Source: the human T2T-CHM13v2.0 reference genome, Homo sapiens
Length of the DNA: 64,000 nucleotides
Strand: one strand, 5' to 3'
Assembly: GCF_009914755.1 (NCBI RefSeq)
Contig: NC_060929.1
A program made the translations under genes and the position numbers. The notes under the pieces are model-generated. The model was not told the origin of the DNA. It saw only the letters and a program-made list of their open reading frames with translations, and did not search any database. This document shows positions 59,805 through 64,000 of the stretch, piece after piece (position 1 is the first letter of the stretch; every line of letters starts with the position of its first letter).

Positions 59805-61544
59805 TATAATACGTTTTATTCACACATGTTTCATATGACTTTGAATAGGCCATGCCTGTATATACATAAACAAATAGTTGTCCTATAATGAATTTTGCAG
59901 TCTAAAAAAACTCCTAATATTTGTCTTCCTTCATTTCTTCATCTCTAAAATGACCCAGAACACCCAATGAAATTAATGTTAGATATGATCAAACAGCTGA
60001 AATGGGAAAATATTATATCTGCCAGAAGTTCATGCTAGGACAACTGTGGTGAATGTACGTAATCTTGTCTCTGAATATTGGCTGTGGTACGGATAAGTTA
60101 CTGAAACTTAACCAAAAATTCTTCTTGCTTATGGAGCAATGGAGGAAAAATGAACTTCCAAAGTATGTACAAGGTAAATATTCCCTTAACATATCATTAG
60201 CAACTCAAAATAGAGACAGACAATGTAACGATGTAACAATCAAGGATTGAATGCTATGTTAGTTTTACCCATCCACAAGAGTAGACTCCCGTTCAGGAAT
60301 ATCATCTCACTTTTGAAATCTAAATATTATTTAAAACTAAATGAAGAATTCTTCTATAAATCTAATTTGAGGCAAGGAAAACAATGTGACAAAGAAGCTG
60401 TGAATTTGATAGTGAGATGGTCCACTGCTTTCTTAAGTGACTTCGTTGTTTTTTTTAAAAGGCAAAAACCCTCCCCCAAATCCATAACCTTACTCTCTAA
60501 GCCTTTCAATCTCCACCCTTTCCAACCTTCATAATTCTGCCATTGTTTATGCTTGAAAGAGAATAAATAAATTAAAAAAGCATTTCAAAACTTGACAGTC
60601 TCCAGTCTAACAAGATGGTGACAGAGACGTCACTCGAATTTCAATAAAAGCCCTCGCTCTTCAAAGCAGCATCATTTCTGCAAAATAAAACAAGTCTTAA
60701 TGATCACCGAGAACATCTGCTTGGGCAAGAGAGACTTCTCAATGCTTGAGATCCTGAACTTCCATCTCTTCTGCCTCCAACTAGGTCCCCTGTTCTGCCT
60801 TTTGTTCTTCTAGCATTTCCTCTGCAGACACCTGTTGCAGGGATATGTTGCCCTCCTTTTCCAGGTCAGTTTTTCTTCATAGACCACAGTTTGCTCCTTG
60901 GATGACAAAAATATACCCAGGGAGATCACCATATTTTTTTGCCAAGATGAATAAACTTAGTTTAATGTAGCACTAAGTTAACAAAATAATCGCTGCTTCC
61001 TAAAGGATCTTTTGAGTGTCTTACTGTCTCAATCGAAGAGTGTGTAAACTTTATTGTGAGCTGGCTCAAAGGGTGAATGGTGACGAGTGGACAACAGACC
61101 CCCAAATTCTATGTCTCCTTGTGTCCATGGCAGTCATTTCCTCACATGACCTACCATTTTCTGTTTTCTTAAAACAGACTTCATGAAACCATAAAACTTT
61201 CATGCATAAATCTATAAAAATTGATGACTCACACAAGTCTATAGTCTATATAAAATGTGTTGCAACTAATTATGTTTCCTTCTCTGTGGTGATTTTATAT
61301 TGCCAACAATAAAAAATCATTGACTTATCCCTAAATATCTAGTATGTGCTATTACAGTGTCTTTTGCAGAGTGTATATAAACTTTATTATTATTATTATT
61401 ATTTTACCAAAACTGTTATTGGCCTTGGAAGTGCCTAAAAGTCAAATGGCGTATTTTGCAAGATACACTTTAACGATATTCCATGAAGCAATTCAGATGG
61501 GTTGCGCTGGTCTCCAAGGAAATTACAAAACTTATTAGTGAGTG

Positions 61545-62172
61545 TGTGATCTGAGAGACCAAAATAGACACCCCTTTATCAACTAAGATGAACTCAAAGG
61601 TTAAGGAAACCAAGTGACCTACAGGTCAAGGGTTCAGGGTCTGGCTGGCATGGCACATTTCTAAATTCTTATGGCTAAACTCCCTAACAATAGGAGCTAT
61701 CAATGCTGATGTACATTCCAGACGATTACTGTGATTGGACGGAGAACTGGCGTTGCAAACATTCTTTTCTAGTGAGCGATTGCAGACCTTAAACTAGTGT
61801 CAGCCAGCTTACAGAGGCTGCCCACAAACCATCTTTGTGTCCTACAGTTCACCTTTTCATATAAGAAAAAATTCACCTCATTTTAATGCTAAAACCCTGC
61901 CCCAAAGTGAACATGGAATGTCTGTTACATACATGTTCACCCAATCCCCATGCACTCAGCTCCCCTCATAAATATGTATGGATTTCCCCCCAAACCTGCT
62001 TAATATGTATGATACCAGCTCTATGAGGCATAAAACCCAAACTGGCCTTCCTTGGAAGGGAGGGCACCTTTGTCGTCATGGGAGACTTTCTCTTTTCTAA
62101 TTTGCAAACTGATATTGCCAACAGAGCTCTCGTTTCTACTATTTAGCCATCCTGGTGGCCTTTTGGATGAGA
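61545..62172 (+). mobile_element. Solo ERV1-class LTR (MER4/MER34-group-like)
   Basis: 'tgtgatctgagagaccaaaatagacacccctttatcaactaagatg..aaggttaaggaaac..' through 'tttagccatcctggtggccttttggatgaga'. 4-bp TSD AGTG at 61541-61544 / 62173-62176. Confidence 0.8.
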
Positions 62173-64000
62173 AGTGTTAAGGCAAAAAGCAAAGCAAAAC
62201 AAACAAACAAAATCTTCCTCCTGCCCCCAAATCCAAAACAAATAGAAAGCTTTTTAATGGTACGAAGTAGTACCATTAAAATAATTGTGTCAGCTGGAAT
62301 CAAGTAAATGCACCCAGCATTTTATTACCAATGTGTTTCCTCCTCATCCCAATTGAATCACTCATGTTAAAGCTTTGCCCTATTATATGATATTGACATC
62401 AAAATGGAACATACTGTCAAAGCCAGCTGTTGGTATAGAGATGGGATATGAGATGGAGCAAATAAAAAATATTCTCAGTGCCTATTGAGCTTTGGAAGAA
62501 TTTGACTGGACTGTGTCATCCTATACTGCCTAAGTGAAAAAACTTTGTAGAAGCCACATGTTCTTGTCTTTCATCAATCTGTTTGTTAAAGTGAGAGGAG
62601 CTAGGGTGCTGAAGAAAAGGCTTCAAAATGATGAGATGTGGGTAGGAGGGAGATAAAAGGCCTTGAATTGGATGTTGCATGCAGAAATAAGGAGAAAATA
62701 TGAGTGGAGAAGTCAGGAGTGATGAAATATTCAAAGACTGTGTTGAAAGGCTGCTGTTCAGAGAATGCTTTTTAGAGACATCTGGTCATCATTAATGGGT
62801 GACTGAAATGTGTAAGGGAGTTTGTGTGGTTAGTAAAAGGGCAAAGATTAAGAATTGGGGAGAAGAATCATTTACATGTAGAATTTTCAAATCAACTACA
62901 CCAGTGTGAAATGCCAGCTGCCAAGTCACTTGTTCTTTGTATAGGACTGAAATCTGTAACTCCTTCAAAGTTCTGTTATACTCTCTAATAGCCCAAAACA
63001 CACCAGCCCAGGTATATATGTACACACATGCTCACACAAACACACATATACACAACCCTGGATATTTGGGGGTCTTCATAACTTGAATTGGTAAGGAGTG
63101 ATGATAATGAATTTACTGATTATTGAACTCCTAATTATTGTTCATGTTTCTGTGATACGTGTTTCAAACAAGGGGCAGAGTTTCTTCCTTAAGCCTCTTG
63201 ATTGAAAAATCTCCAGAATGCTTGAGGGAGGGTGTTCACTTTGGTGTCTGAACATGGTATTTGTTATTATAGTTTTCACCCTCATGGAAAGAAAATTTTC
63301 CACCATTGGAATGGCTGGCCTATGTCACTAGAAATCAGGAGAAATGTGCTTGAACTTAATCTGACTTTACTGGCATCCTTGTTGCTAGACATCAAAAGGG
63401 CTGGGAATAATGTCCTAGTCTTTGGTTATACAAATATCTGCATTTCTTTATTTCCCTAAAGCAAACTTCACAACAGATAACGGACCTCCTCTCTAGCACT
63501 TCAACAATTCTTCCGACAGATAAATTTGACAGCTTCTGTTTTATGAAATGCATTTGGAAGAGCAAACCTAATTTGCAAGGGGGAGCATATAACTGAAACA
63601 TAGTTTAAGATTGATGAAAACATATTTGTGGGTAGGTAGGGGTGAGGAGAACCACCTCAGAGCATATTCACAGAAGGAAATAACTTATTTGATACATATG
63701 GAAAGCAGTATTTTAATGTCCTCCCACCTCTTTCCTTACTGAATACCTCTCACAGTGTCAGACACTGGGCTAGACACTGGGGATGAATAGATAAATACAA
63801 TGCTAAGTTTGCCCTCAAGTCACTGATGGATTGGATGGTTATTTGATGTTTCTTTTTTCTTTTTTCTTTTTTTTTTTTTTTCTGAAAATATGTGAAGGGC
63901 ATCAGCAGAATAAGAACAAGAGTGCAATTGAAAAAGAAGAAAAAACTGTAAATTGATGTTTTTTTGTTTGTTGGCACGTTTGTTTTCATAGGTAGCTGGG

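Overview
This is great-ape (most likely human) nuclear DNA: AT-rich, CpG-depleted, repeat-dense and intergenic or intronic in character, with no intact protein-coding gene, RNA gene or CRISPR array that I can support. An L1PA2/3-type element points to the hominid lineage. Two decayed gene copies are recognisable. The first is a ~2.4 kb SPATA31/FAM75-family fragment on the minus strand (~2563-4948) that retains upstream DNA, a TM-encoding exon 1, a GT donor, intron sequence and an internally deleted exon 4, and it interrupts an otherwise colinear L1MC 3' end. The second is a processed KRAB-C2H2 zinc-finger pseudogene most like ZNF124 (minus, ~23831-29967, with TSDs, polyA signal and fused exon junctions), split by a 4 kb twin-primed, 5'-inverted L1PA. 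The window also holds a hAT-Blackjack-type transposase fossil carrying a nested AluJ and L1PA, a MaLR LTR-int-LTR provirus, solo LTRs, MER DNA elements, Alus, L1/L2/MIR fragments, an unidentified ~670 bp candidate retrocopy at ~51.1-51.8 kb, and a repeat-poor 35.5-45.5 kb stretch with enhancer-like motif clusters. I found no evidence of a new functional biological system. The most unusual observation is the DNA-level SPATA31-like insertion into an L1. Family assignments come from recalled consensus and protein sequences, not from searches, and boundaries are approximate unless TSDs are quoted.
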